DNA of 64,000 nt from Podarcis pityusensis (taxonomy: Eukaryota): NCBI GenBank assembly GCA_964106645.2, contig OZ067043.1. One strand, given 5' to 3'. Made by a program: the position numbers and the translations under genes. Under the pieces are notes generated by a model that saw only the letters and a program-made list of their open reading frames with translations, had not been told where the DNA came from and ran no database searches. Below, in pieces: positions 10,960-24,124 of this stretch (the stretch's first letter is position 1; each line of letters opens with the position of its first letter).

Positions 10960-13459
10960 TGACACACCCCTACTCTCCTTTTTCCAGGGATAATGGCCCT
11001 ACACATTGCGGTGATTATGGTTTTCTGACAAGTAGACTTGGTCTGTTCATGCTGGCACATCCAATGGTGTGTCCAAGAGACAGAGGTGGGGTCTACCCAG
11101 CTGGCTCAGTATCCAATTCAGCTTCAGGTGCCTCCCCAGTTGCCAGGGAAATAGTGCTAATATGAGGCAGGGTAGGGGCCAGTTCAGACAGCTCTCCCTC
11201 CTCTACTGAGATATCTAGCACTACTACGTAGGTGCCAGCTCCCTGAGGCCCTGGCTGCCCAAGCCCCCGCCAATTTCAGCCCCAGGGCCATGCACGCTTA
11301 ATGACACCCACAGCCTTGGGCACTCATGGTTGCAGCACCAAGTTGGCACTCCTGATCTCCTGACAGGCTACTCAGCTGCTCCCCAGCACCAAGCTCAGCA
11401 CTCTCATCCAGATCCTCCTTCCCCTCTGAACAATCATGCCAAAGAGTCTCTACAGAGCTCAAGACAGTAATAAAATTGTATAGTTTCCACTTTGTGCATG
11501 TATGAAGCTTTGTCTGAAGCATCCAGTGGAAGTCAGTGAGAGAGTCAGATACTGAGTTCAGATGGCCCTTCATTGGAAATAGTCACACTTGTCCTAGCAC
11601 TGCTCTTGCAAGGACAGCACCCTCATCCCACTTTTAATGATAGGAAATGGTAACTGCATCTGTTCTAAGACTTGGTATATTGGTGAGCTGTCTGAATACT
11701 GTATGTAGATGCGTTTATTATCTGAATACCGTATCCTTTGCAGGGTCAAGATGAAATCTTCTCTTAGTGGAACAACACAGGCACAACTCTTTGTAGTCAA
11801 GCTCTCAAGACCACCAAAGGTTTCTTGGGACATGCTGTTGTTTGCTTATCTCCCTTTGATACCCTCAGGGTTTAGGTGGTCCTTATTTTTATGGCTAGCA
11901 CTTAACAATCTCCTGTTCACCTCCTGCTGATGAGACTTTCTCTCATGTCCATCTTGCTGGGACAATGTTTGAGGAGTTATTTATGTTAGCCAAGGAAGAA
12001 AGGCCCCTTGGGAGAATGGAATCTTGTGGCAGGAGGTGAGTCTGACACAACGTCTCTGAATGGGAATGCATGGTAAGAATTGGAAGAGGAAAAGGGAGGG
12101 CTGCCAAATTACAGTCTCACTTTATGTCTAGCTCTGTGTCCAAACTTCAGTTTAGACAGTGGCATGAGGAACTTAGGATATTTCCAGATCAACACACACA
12201 CACACACACATACACACACGCCTTACAGTGACAAGTGAAAACCATTCAGGTTTACACCATTTTAGCTGGTGTCAAAAGAGTTGTGAGACCTTCAGATCTT
12301 TTCAAACTGAACTTATAACATAAAGCTAAGGCTTCTGCTTGGTACTACTGGCCAAGAACATCTGTGAACATCAAGCTACTGAATCAGTGTGTCTACAAGG
12401 ATCAGGGGTGCAGGTGAGTCAACATGGCTTTTAGCTCGTTTTGCACCCTCTTTTAAGGACCAGCTCAGCAATTCAAAAATATCAGCTGTTGGACAGTCCA
12501 AACAACACTTGTTACTGTGGCGTTGATCTAATCCCCTATTTACAATCTGAAGTGGTACAATTCAGGAAAGATTGTACCATGTCAAATTTCCCCCAAAAAG
12601 TATTAGATTCCTATTTTTTAGTATCTGGGATGTAGGATATCCTTGCTTGGTTTCCAATGTCTTCTGTCCTTCAGGGATAAGTTTTACACTCATAGAATTG
12701 GATGATTGACTGTTGAGTGTCAACACCAACATTTAACATAGTTCGCCTCAAGTGAAAAGGAATGACATCAGCAGGTTTTAGAGGAAGTTGGAATCCTGAG
12801 GTAAAATCAACAGCATTGTGAAGGTTAGCATAAGGAATATGTTGACTTATTTTGGATTGCTACCTCTACCATTTCAGTATTCTGATCTCCATTCCATGTA
12901 AAACAATGGCAGGCTCCATGCTACACATGGGATGCGCTCTCCCAAAAGTTCCAGAGGTGCCTTTCTAAAGTCCCCTGCACAACCAAGTAATGAGTCTTTG
13001 TGAGACCTGGACACCCCAAAATTTCCAGTTGTGCACCAACACTGAGAAAGATGTGTGTGTTCAAAGCTCTGTGCTGGCCCTTTGCCCAGGAATATTCTCA
13101 GTTACCATTTCTGCCAAATGAATGTGCCACTTCAAAGAACCTGCCTAGACCCCCTGCCAATTAACAACAGAGCTGGGCTTTGTTAGCCACTAAAATAATA
13201 TTTCCCATCCTGCAGAGAGAAGCAAACCAACAGCTCGATCAGGGAACCAGACTCAGCCAGTGGAGAGAATGATGCAGAGGGCCTCATGTATTGGGAATCT
13301 ATGCAGGCAATCACAGCAAGCGGCTGTTGCCTGTTTTCACCACACTGAGGCTGAGCTGCAGTGTTATTCCAGTTTGCCAATGACACTTTCCAAAGCTCTT
13401 TATCCTCCCTTAGCTTTCCCCAGCCCCCACCCCACCCCCTTCCTGTTGTTCCTGTTCTC

Positions 13460-13929
13460 TCCAGTTATTGTCAATGCTGTAATAGAGCGATCAAAGTGCA
13501 ATAAGCTAAACATGACCCATTAGCGGCGTCACAGGCATTTTTTGATTTTTTTTAAAGAAAAAAATCAAAGGCATTTATGTTTGCTTATTATGCACTTTAA
13601 ACCCTGGCAATGTGATGTGATCAGAGAAGGAGAGAGAAATAAGAGAGATGCCCCCCCCACGCGCTCTGTCCCTCTGCCTGCCCTTCCCCCTCCCCTCATG
13701 TTGGTGCTCTCTGTGTTCATTAGTGGCCACAGCTGTGCAGCCGGCCAATTACTTGGAAATAATAAGTACATTTTGCAGTAAATTAAATATTAATTAGTGC
13801 TTGGCAGGTTGTTGTTTCTCCCCTTATTCCTGCACCACCCTCTGAAAAAAGAGGGGGAAAGAATCATTGGAGAAAAAAGCATAAATTGGCCTGTTTGTGC
13901 TGACATGTCAATAACAGGGTGACACAATA
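13460..13929. promoter_or_regulatory. Candidate conserved non-coding enhancer
   Basis: GATCAAAG, TAATTAG/TAAATTA cluster, TGACATGTCA, ACAATAG. Confidence 0.55.
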
Positions 13930-14460
13930 GAGAGGTGGTGTGGTGTAGTGGTTAGAATGTCATAGACTAGGACCTGGGAGACCAGGGTTCAAATCCCCAC
14001 TCAGCTATGAAGTTCAGTAGGTGACCTTGAGCCAGTCACTGTCTATCAGCCTAGCCCACCTCACAGGGTTGTTGTGAGGATAAAATGAGAGAATCCTGTA
14101 CACTGCCTGCAGCTACTTGGAGCCAGTGGTGGCTGGCCCCCATTGCAACTAGTAGGGCAGAAGGCATGGAGCTGCAAACAATGGGCAGATCCGGAGCCAG
14201 TGACAGACAGACAACTAATTCTAGCTCTGTCCCCTGCTAAGTTCTACAAGGAGAAGAACAGAGTCTCAGGAGGATGAGCCTGACATCAGTCGTCCCCCCA
14301 CCCTGCCACTGCCCCCACCGCCGCCTTGACTACTTCTAAGCAGGAAGGCAGGCAGGTTGGGCTGGCTGAGGGCAGACTCGGATTCTTGGGGCAGTGCCCC
14401 ATTGGCTCTAATGAACCAATCTCCACTGCTTGGAGGAAAAATGGGATACAAAAAATATGG
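13930..14460 (+). mobile_element. tRNA-derived MIR/CORE-like SINE split by a hAT insertion
   Basis: A box tggtgtagtggttag, B box gggttcaaatccc, core cacctcacagggttgttgtgaggataaaat. The tail (cttggaggaaaaatgggatacaaa) resumes after 14428. Confidence 0.85.
14124..14428. mobile_element. Non-autonomous hAT element nested in a SINE
   Basis: TIRs cagtggtggctgg / ccaatctccactg. 8-bp TSD cttggagc (14116-14123) / cttggagg (14429-14436). Confidence 0.85.
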
Positions 14461-15857
14461 GATCTACCCTGCTTTCAGTGCGTATATGTAGGAGCGGTCG
14501 GGGTCAGTAATGGGCCTCATCCCTTTGCTTGGTTGTGTCTAAGGCAGAGAACCGTGTTCCTCAACTCGAAACCCACAGACTTAATCAGCCTCACTGTTTC
14601 TTCTCTCCTGGCCATCATTGCTACTGAATCCTTCCCCATTACTGTCACTGGCCACTGGCATCCCAGTCCCACCACCTGCCATTTTTTTCCAGGGGCAGCA
14701 GAAGTGTTTGGGTAGGGCATCAGGAAGTGTAACTTTTCTTCCTATTATCTTGCAGTAGATGAGAGTCACTTTTTATTCCATTTTCTTTCCATTCCTTCTC
14801 TGCAGAGATTGTGATATGTTTTCATCTAGGACTGGCTGCATGGTTTCCGGTTTAATCTTTGCTTCAGTGAGCTTCTCCTTTAGCAAAATACTGATTTGGG
14901 ATGCAGTCCAGCCAGAGTTAAGCATTATAAGTTCCACTGATACAATGGGGAAATTAAGCATGTGCTTTACATGCTTTGATTGAAATCAGTGGGATTTAAG
15001 CTCTTTAAAAAAAAAAAAAGTTGACCAGTCTGTCTTCTTTAGTCTCTTCACTGATTAATTCATCTGCAATGGAAACGGTATGTTACAAAGAGGAAGGAAA
15101 TCCACAGACCATCCCCAACTCTTGATCTGTTTCTGTTCCCATTCAGCAAGTAAAAGTATCACTTTAGACAGAGTGGAAGAAGACTGGCTTTCTGTCACAA
15201 ACTACAAGTGCAAAGCTTGAATCATTTGTACCTTTGAGCAGCCTTTCTCAACTGGTGTAGTGGTTCAGTCTACACTCTATTAACAGATCCATGAATGGAA
15301 ATGAAATGGTGATTCAGGGGATGGCTGTTCCAATTAAAACCCAGGAAGGCATTTTTACAAATATGTACCTAGTTTCACAATAACCAAGCTGGGTTCATGT
15401 TATGCCTTGCTTATGTTCAGGTGCCAGTGAAAGCACAGCTGGCCAGTGTGAGGTTTCGAATTTTCAGTGTGTATCTTTTGTACTGGCTATCATTTATTTG
15501 TGTTTCATCTTGTGCAAGCTTCTCCTTCCCTGCTGAGAAGTGTGTAACGCCAGGGGCTCTTTGAAGACCTCTTCCTATAGGGGAGCCACCACCAGCATCC
15601 TCTTTAAACATCTGCCTTTTTGAAAACATAGCCTCCTTTGCTCCTAGCGTACCGTATATATGTGCGTGTGCTATTGCAGCCAATATTTTAATGTTTTTGT
15701 AGCATTTTTGCTCAAAAATACTAAATCACTAGTATTTATATATATGGGTGACCAGGAATTGTCGAATTAGATGCTGGCTTTTTAACAAACGTAATCTGTA
15801 TTGGCTCTTGCTTTATCAATGTCGCACACTTCTCACAGTCAGATACAATAAGATCAT

Positions 15858-15995
15858 CACATAGAACCACAGAATTGTAGAGTTGAAAGGGACCACGAGG
15901 ACCCTCTAGCCCAGTCACCTGCGATGCAGGAACCTTTTGCTCAATGTGGGGCTTGAACCCACAGCATTCGTTCTCTACTGATTGAGGTATCCCAG
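15858..15995 (-). mobile_element. tRNA-derived SINE with CR1-type 3' tail
   Basis: Minus strand reads ctgggatacctcaatcagtagag...gggttcaagccccac...ggtccctttcaactctacaattctgtggttctatg. Confidence 0.75.
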
Positions 15996-16442
15996 TTTTA
16001 TTAATAAGAAAAATGCCCACCACTACAATAGGGGGTGGGAAGAGAGGGAGAGGGAAAGTAGACACAGTGCTTGAATATTATAAGGACCACTGGGGAATCC
16101 AGTGTGTCTCTGTTGAGATGCAATGCTCTTCCTCTGGCTCCCTGTCTGTGGAATGGAGAGCGGTCAGCTACTGTCAGGTGTAGAGAAAAGGTTTTGTTCT
16201 TACCACAGAAGCATTCAGTGTTTTAGTAATATCCAACCATTCATTTATAAAGGAGAAGGTAAAATTAAGGTTGCTCATACTTGCATAATCTCATCCTGGG
16301 TATTCTTTCAGTACAGCTCTGAGGCAGGGTGATCCAGTGCAGTTTAAAAAAAATATTTTGATAACATAGTTATTTATATTTTCCATATTATAGTATGATT
16401 GAGGCAGAGGAAAGTTTGTCAGGACATTTAGGAGATTTAAAA

Positions 16443-16650
16443 TGTGCTGCAGTGGTTAAAGTGACTAACTAGGACCAGGGAGACCCAGAATCCAAGCCCA
16501 GCTGAGCTGTGAAGCTAACTGGGTGAACTTGGGCCACTCACTATTTGTCCACTTAGCTTACTTCACAGAGTTATTGAGAAAATAAAATGGCAGGGGAAAT
16601 ATATAGTGCTCTGGGGATTTTGGAGAAACAGCAAGACAAATTAAACGGAT
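16443..16650 (+). mobile_element. Degenerate MIR/CORE-like SINE
   Basis: cagtggttaaagtg...gaagctaactgggtgaacttgggccactcac...ttcacagagttattgagaaaataaaatgg; same family as 13930. Confidence 0.7.
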
Positions 16651-16899
16651 TTTGTTTCAGAGAAGACAAAATATTTGGAGCAATTGAGCTTAAATCCTTC
16701 CTTCCTTGTTTGTTGGCTTCCTTCTTTTCTTCCTTCCTCACTGCTTCACCCCTCTTCTTTTTTTTAAATTTGGTTCCCTACTGTGCTGCCCCCTGCTCCT
16801 GCCCTGTCTGTGAGCTTTCTAAATTCACTGAGGTCTTCCTCAAGGTGAAATGAAGGCGCCTGGTTGTGTTTGGTGGTGCAAGAGGGGGCAGCGTGGCGA

Positions 16900-17340
16900 T
16901 GTGGCCTGATCTTGTGATTAAACAAAGGGATTCAGCCAACATGTGTAAAATTAAGTGATCAAGAGTTGATTACAGAGTGCATTGATTGTGTACTGATGGA
17001 TTAAACGGAGTCGTGCTCAGGATGCGATTTTCCAAGCTGGAGAGAGTGCGAGCAATTGACGTGCCGGCCAGAAGGACCTACCTTCTCTTGAGCTCTGCCT
17101 TTTCTACATTCTCCGGATAAATCTGCAGAGAGGCCTCTGGAATTATAATCGATTATCCATTTCTCAAAGTCACTTAGGGGCCCTGAGCTACAAGCTAAAG
17201 TGCCGGCACTGCGAAGAAGCATTGGGTATGCGCCGGCATGAGCGGATGCCGACGCGAGAGGGATATGTGGCGTTGACCCTGCCTGCTGCAAGCTGATGAA
17301 TCTATTTTCTTGTAGGAAATAGTTTTGACAGTTCAATATC
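16900..17340. promoter_or_regulatory. Candidate enhancer / CpG-retaining element
   Basis: TGATGGAT, AACAAAG, high CpG density, three GCCGGC. Confidence 0.5.
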
Positions 17341-18559
17341 TGTGTTTTCAGTATGTGTGCTTTCCCCTCCCCCTTGTCTCACCAAGCTAGTGGGAGGAGG
17401 GAGGGCAATGCTGCGGGAAAGGAATGGAGAAGAAAGAGTGGAGGGCTCTGCCCCGTCACTGCTTCAAATTATAGGCATCTCAGTATATCACCAACCTAGC
17501 AAGTTGCCCTCTAAGTCAAGGACAAGTGCTGCCTACAAGGATGTCTTGTGGGAAAGAACTGGAGCTGCTGCCTTGTGCAAGATGGTTCCTGAGTGTCACA
17601 CCTACAATGAAATGGAACTAAATAATAATAATAATAAGTGGCTCCTATCTCACGATGTTCTTTGCATGAACTTTATGCAGGGAACACTGTGTTAGAACAT
17701 TTAATGCTACAAACATAAGGGTATATAGCCTTCCACAAGTCTATAAATATCCCCAGCTAAGGGAAAAATAGAAACTCTGGTGGAACTGGGAATCATTATA
17801 TTGGGGACTGGTTGGTGCTGCCCTCTGAAACACCCGGTTCTATTGGTATTAGAGATGGAGTGCAAACCAGGAAGGAATAGGGATTGTGTATATTCTGTAG
17901 TTGGAAAACTACAGAGCTGTAGGCTGTCACCCATTTGTGCCACATCCATTCTAGAAATAAGCATGTAGAATTGTAGCCACTACACAGGTTTTGGGTTTTT
18001 GTCTTGAGGTACCCTATGTGCCTCTCATCCTGTCTGGTGGTGGCATTGGGCTACAAAGCGATCTTGATTCTGTTTCTTCCAGATTGCTAGTCCATGTAGT
18101 CTTTATAATGCTTTCTCCTTTTCAGAGGATGTAGGCCATGTTGACCATTCATGAGCTTTTCATTCCTTACTTGTCAGATCTATATATTTTAGTTCAAAAG
18201 CCTGAAACGCACGTTTAGAACTAGAGGGAGCTAGTTACCGGTAGTTCCTCCAGTTGCTCCACTATTTTAGTTCCTCTAAAACAGTTAGAGATGGACTGTG
18301 CGTAGGATATTTTAGTTTCCACTTCTTTAAATAGTGTGAAAATTTCTGCCATCATTGACTAGAAAAACATGAGTCAGTAACTTTGGCCAATAGGTGTTTT
18401 TTTTAGATAGACCCCTGACCATGGAGATACTTGGAGTTTTAGCATGCCTTGTGTATACAGAATACTCAAGGGCCATTAGACTAGTAAGAGTGAGACCAAA
18501 TATATTTGTAAACCCTACATTTGAACACAATTTAAAGAGGAGATGAGTTTGCCTTTTCC

Positions 18560-19157
18560 AGATCTATAGTGTGGTCCCATCTGGAATGCTGTGTACAGTT
18601 CTGGTCACCCTATTTCAAAAAGATTGCTGTAGAGTTGGAAAAGATATAGAACAGGGCAACCATAGTGACCAAGGGATTGAAGCATCATCTCACCAGGAAA
18701 GGTGTAAGTGTGGGACTTCCTAGTTTGGGGGGAGGGGAGATGATGATGGGGAGATGATAGAGGTTTGTAATATTAGGTATACTGCAGATTTCAAGATTAT
18801 CAAATGAAATTGATTGGCGGTATACTCAAGATAGACAAAATAAAGAACTTCTTCATACAATGAACTCATTGCTGCCGTATGTGATGGCCACTAACTTAGA
18901 TGGTTTTAAAAGGGGATTAGACTAATTCATGGAGGATAAAGCTATATAAATGCCCACCAGTCATAATGGTTGTCTTACCTCCAAAATCAGAGGGAGTGTG
19001 CCTCTGAGTACCATTTGCTAGGCATCAGCAGCAGTTGTGGGCCGTTGTTTTCCTGCCCTGGCTATTGGCTTCTTAGAAACATCTAGTTGGCTACCATGTA
19101 GAAACAGAATGTTTGGATAGAACAACCTTTGCTGGGATCCAACAGGGCTCTCCTTAA
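18560..19157 (+). mobile_element. CR1 LINE 3' fragment
   Basis: Translates HLECCVQFWSPYFKKIAVELEKI*NRAT (CR1 motif PHLEYCVQFWSP), followed by a CR1 3' UTR (gatggttttaaaaggggattagac ... gatccaacagggctctcctta). Confidence 0.88.
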
Positions 19158-20131
19158 CCAAGAGAAAGTAATTTCTGGCATAGTGTTTGAGGAGTCCTGT
19201 GCTACTATTGTACAACATACAATTAGCTCTTACAACACCTGTCTCTGCACCATAAGCCCTACCTAGTCAAACTATTCAAGTCAGGAGGGGTGGGTGGGGA
19301 GGTGCCCATCACAAGCAGAAGGCTACATTTAAATCCATGGCCATTGCATAGTCATGCATTTTTGCCTTCCTTTAACATTTGAGTTAGTGGTACTTTTAAG
19401 CTTATTTACATAATCAGTAGAGCCAGAGATTTGCAACAAATGTTCTATGCAAGCTGAGGAAGTGTAAATGCTAAAATAAAAGCATATGCTCATGAAGATA
19501 TTGGTCCCACACCAGCTGCTGCTGTTTCAGTGGCTTGATCCATCTGATTGTTGCCCACATCTGCGCTCCCCTCCTGTACTTGTCCCTGATCTCAGTTAGC
19601 TTCTGAGGACACAGGCAGAACTTACATATTTAACTGTCCCTCTTGCCAATACTCACATAAATCTTCTGAATAAGATGCTAGAAAAATCTTTGCTGCACCA
19701 GAGACCACACCCATGAACCTTCTAGCTTCGGCTCAACATCCAGCATCCACTGACAACAAAAGGTATGGATTGGCCTTACTACACATTTACCCTAAACATG
19801 AGAGTACAGAATCTGTGATTGGATCTCCTTTTTCTTTTAATTTAAATATATGCCCTTTCCTACACCAAAAGATGCTCAAAGTTTTGTACAAGTAAAGGAA
19901 AATATTTGGAGGAGGGGGAATTAAATTAAAACAAGTATGAACAATAAACATGAAGAAGAAAATAGCTTGTCCACATACATTTCTTTTAATGGGGCTAGAG
20001 GAAATTGTAATCAGAAAAACTGTGCTGGGGGGAAGGGTTAAGCCTATGGGTCCAATTCAGTATCCATCTCTTCCCACTGCAGCTTCTGTTTGCTAAAATT
20101 GAAAAAGGTGGGAGGTCTGATATACTTTGGC

Positions 20132-20390
20132 CGGGGTAGGAAACTTTTTTCAGCCCAATGACCACATTCCCTTCTGGGCAACCTCCTGAGGACCACATGG
20201 CAGCGGTGGGAGGGGCCAGGCAGCAAATGTAAATTTTGCCTTTGTACGGTAGCAGGAGGCATTATCAAAGTTCAATGATCCCTCCTAGCCAGGCAAAAAA
20301 CACTCCTGGTTCAAAGCAGGGCCAGTGAAGGGTGTGTCCTGGGAAGAGTTTTGTGGGTTAGATAGAGAGGCCTGAGTTTCTCCTCCTCTG
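20132..20390. mobile_element. hAT-like MITE (related copy at about 49718-50002)
   Basis: Ends cggggtaggaaac / gtttctcctcctctg. Interior accacattcccttctgggca is shared with 49719-49738. Confidence 0.7.
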
Positions 20391-20911
20391 ACTGAGACCC
20401 ATTGATAGTCTGTAGAGGCCACACTTAGGGATGGAAGACAGTTTCAAAAACAAGCACACACAAACAAACATACAGACTCTCACACACAAACACCCCCCTT
20501 CCCCAAAAAATATGTATATAATGCACTCACAAACTCTAAAGTGCATGGAGGAGGTCAAAGAATTGACTAACAGTTGAGCCTCGTGCTTCAAGAGCTCCTA
20601 AATCTCTGACATAAACACAAAGTGAATTATGTAAAATGGATTCTTTTAAGATTGCTCCAATCCATGTATACTGTTCTCTGATGCAGTTTGACACTGCTTA
20701 CTCTAAGAGACAGGATCTTGAAGAAGATAGACAAGTCATTTGATCAAATCTGGCAGTTGCTCTTTTCTTATGATCACTCCTTTGCCTAGTAGCAGAAAAC
20801 TTCTAACTTCATACAAAGGAACTGTAACAACTGTCTACTAAATCCTACAAGCTTAGTAATTCACATAGCAGCCAAGCAGAGCAAGGCCAATTGATTACCA
20901 GTGTTCTGGAG

Positions 20912-21051
20912 CAGCATTTCCCAACCCTGGATCCCCAGATGTTGTTGGGCTACAACTCCCATCATCCTTAGCCAGCAGTGCCAGTGGTCAGGGGTGATTA
21001 GAGTTGTAATCCAACAATATCTGGAGAGTCACAGGTCCCCCATCCCCACTG
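20912..21051. mobile_element. Palindromic hAT-like MITE
   Basis: ccagatgttgttgggctacaactcccatcatcc / ggtgattagagttgtaatccaacaatatctgg. Confidence 0.75.
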
Positions 21052-22139
21052 TAGAAGAATCCTCACCCAGTTCTTACACCCATAACCTCACCTAGTTCTC
21101 ATGGCAATTGATCATCATTATTACTCTGGATTCTCTTGCATTTGTCTTGCTGCAGTTTCTGTGAATCATCTAGTAGCCAGCTGTGCCAAAGACTGTGCTT
21201 ATGTACCCACCCCTTTGTCAGGGCAGAACCTATCTTACAAAAGCAAAACTCCATGTTACACCATCAGAAACAGTTCAGGCTGCTTAGGAAGGAAGCTGGT
21301 GTTTCATTTCATCTGTGGATGTATTTATCATTGTTCTTATTTTTGAGTACCTCTTGCAAAGTGATCATTAGCTTGAATAAAAAATAAGTGACTGGGCCAT
21401 GCATATAAAAGTTATGTGTGGTGATCCATTATGATTCAGTCAGGTGTTTGTTAGAAACTGAGTGTGAGACCAAGGATCAAAGCAGCTTCTAATGATTTAG
21501 AACTAAAGTCAAATTTTCTCATGAACAGGCTGCTCCCCAGCATGGAGAGAGTGGTCTGGTGGCTTCCTTTAAAGCTTCCCCCACCCCCTTTAATTATTGT
21601 TTTATTGAATAAGCTTATAACATCTTCCACAATATTAACATAAATGCACCAGTAACCTAGTAAAAAGAAAGTGAAGCCTGGAAAGGAGAGGGAACAGTTA
21701 AAGGAAATACAAAGAAAGTTATACATAGGAGGTCATCATATCATCAAGTGAAGCACCTATACAAGCCAGTCAATATGTAAATTTAGCATTATTCATATCC
21801 CTTGCCCCAGACACTAGGCAAAGGTCTCTATATATGCTGACCATATCTGCCTTCCTTTGAAGCTTGGGTTTCTTCAGATTGGCCATGGGAAATGACATAG
21901 AATGAGGTGACAAGTGTGGAAAGTTTAGTGTCAGTGAATCTAGGTATGTTACCAGTTTTCCATTCTTTCTCTGCTGGGATGAGGGCAACACTTTCCCTCC
22001 ATTGCTCATGGAGCTGGCTGCCCAGGTGGGCTTAGGGAATGAAGAGCTCAGGAAAGACAGGCTGGTGTGTGTGGCTCTTTCTTTCAGATCTCTGCCACGG
22101 TGTCTTCTTTCTTTCTTCCTTCTCATCGAGAATTCATTG

Positions 22140-22620
22140 TCTTGTCAGCCTCTAGTTAGCTGGCGTGCGTGCGAATCATAAATTACACAGCCTGGGCCTC
22201 TACTAGGCTTCAGCACAGACAAAAAAATTGCACTCCATCACTGTGTCGCCCAGCTTTTAGCGGTATTGATCAACGCAGCCCCCTCCCCCCCTTTCATTTT
22301 AACCGAGCTGGTTAAGTGCAGTATCTTATTTTGTGCTGGGACAAATGAAAAGAATATTAGCAGGGGTTGAAATATATCTCTTTTTTATCTCTCTGCTACT
22401 TTTTTATTGAATCTCTCTGAGTAGGTGGCTTTCCGCAGGATGACAGCCTCCTGACAGGCCCCTCATTAGAGACTAGACAGTAATTGTGATGCATTTCCCT
22501 GCACGGCCTTTTCACTTCTTTCCCCTTCCCCCCTTCCTCCTCTCTCCCTTTCTCCTGATTTGTAAAGTGATTGGATGTACAGACTCGCTCAGTTTCTTAA
22601 ATTATTGCCCAGCTCAATCC
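22140..22620. promoter_or_regulatory. Candidate conserved non-coding enhancer
   Basis: ATCATAAATTA, two TGACAG (22441, 22452), retained CpGs. Confidence 0.55.
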
Positions 22621-23291
22621 ATCTTCCTCTTGCTGAGGATGGGCAGCTGTGGGCTCAGAATCAGGAGCTGGAGACTCAGCTCCTTGTGGCAGAAACAGAG
22701 CGCTGACCACTCCTGGACATGGAATATTGGGCTGGAGGGGCCATGGAGTTGGCACTGTTCAGCAGAAGCACAGACCTCTGCTGTCTGAACTCCCTGGGTA
22801 CCATACCTGTGACTGTAATCCTGGCAAACTTGTGCTCTTCCTTATCTCTACATAAGTCTTAGTGAGTGTGGAACTAAGCTTTAAACTAGGGTGGAACTAA
22901 GCCTTCAGTTAAACTCCCCCTTCTCTCCAACCTCTAGTTCAACTCACCCTGTATCCTGACATCATTAAACGGTGTGATTCTCCACCACACTTGTGGCAAG
23001 ACACACAGTAAGTTGTACAGTACTAGGCATTGTCAAGGGGAACCTCCCATTTTCAGAAGTAGCGCTGTGTGTCTTGTAATGCTTAGATCCACCCTCCCTA
23101 AGGTCCTGACTATTTAAATGTTGTAGTAGATGCTTTCTCAGGATGTGAGGAAACAAAAGATGTGATTCCTAAAATGCTCCAAAGTAGTAGGCAGTTTTTC
23201 ACACACGGTTCAAATAAGCAGTTAAACAATGGCTAATCTTTCTGGAAATGTTTTTTTTTGGGGGGTGAGGGGGTCGTTCTGTTTGAGAATT

Positions 23292-23701
23292 TAGAAGCAT
23301 GGAAGTGTAGCGTTTGAAAGGAACCTGAGGGTCATTTAGTCCAACCCCCTGCAATGCAATAATCTTAGCTAAAGCATCCATGGCAGATGGCCAATGAACC
23401 TCTGCTTAAAAGCATCCAATAAAGAAGAGTACACCACCTTCCGAGGGAATTGGTTCCATTGTTGAACAGCTCTTACTGTCAGAGAATTCTTCCTCATGTT
23501 TAGTCAGAATTTCCTTTTTTGTAACTTGAAACCACTGCCTTGAGTCCCACCCTCAAGAGCAGGAGAAAACAAGCTTTCCCCATCTTCCATGTGACAGCCC
23601 TTTAGACACCTGAATATTGTTATCTCCTCTCACTCTCCTCTTATCCAGGCTAAGCATACCCAACTGTCTCAGCTGTTCCTCATAAAACTTGGTTATCATT
23701 T
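23292..23701 (-). mobile_element. CR1 LINE 3' fragment
   Basis: Reverse complement of the CR1 3' end: gtcatttagtccaaccccctgc, ttccattgttgaacagctcttactgtcag, ttcttcctcatgtttag. Confidence 0.87.
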
Positions 23702-24124
23702 TGTCAGGGACTGGCAGGGCTCCGAAGTGTGTGTGGTGGAGGCAGCGGTCAAGGGGAGTGACCCAGGAAAGGGGACCAGTGACATATGGGGTTTGACGCT
23801 GCCCACAAGGCAGGACGTGGGGGAGGAGGGAGAGTCAGGGCAGTCCAAGATGGAGGAAGGCACATGGAGGAAGAGACTGTTCAGAAGACAGACGGGTCAG
23901 TAGACTCCTCACCTTCCTCTGCCCCACTGTCTCCTCGAACAATGACAACTTCTGTGCAGGAGGCGTCTCAGTTTGTGGGTGCACAACCTGTCAGGAGAGG
24001 GTATATAAGCTGGCAGGGAGGAGGGGTCTCACTGTTGCTGCAACTGATCCACACGGTGTAGATTTGTGTGGGACAGTTGCTTAGTGGCTAGAGGTGTGTG
24101 TGCATCTGCATTTGAAGCACGACA
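23702..24124 (+). mobile_element. Probable solo LTR
   Basis: Starts TGTCA and ends CGACA; purine/GC-rich interior; TATA-like gtatataagctgg at 24001; abruptly truncates the CR1. No TSD was found. Confidence 0.5.

Noticed and set aside
21590-22030. Possible old L1 3' fragment on the minus strand
   Set aside because: Tail-like ttttattg and a weak QW...KEW motif only; too degraded to call.
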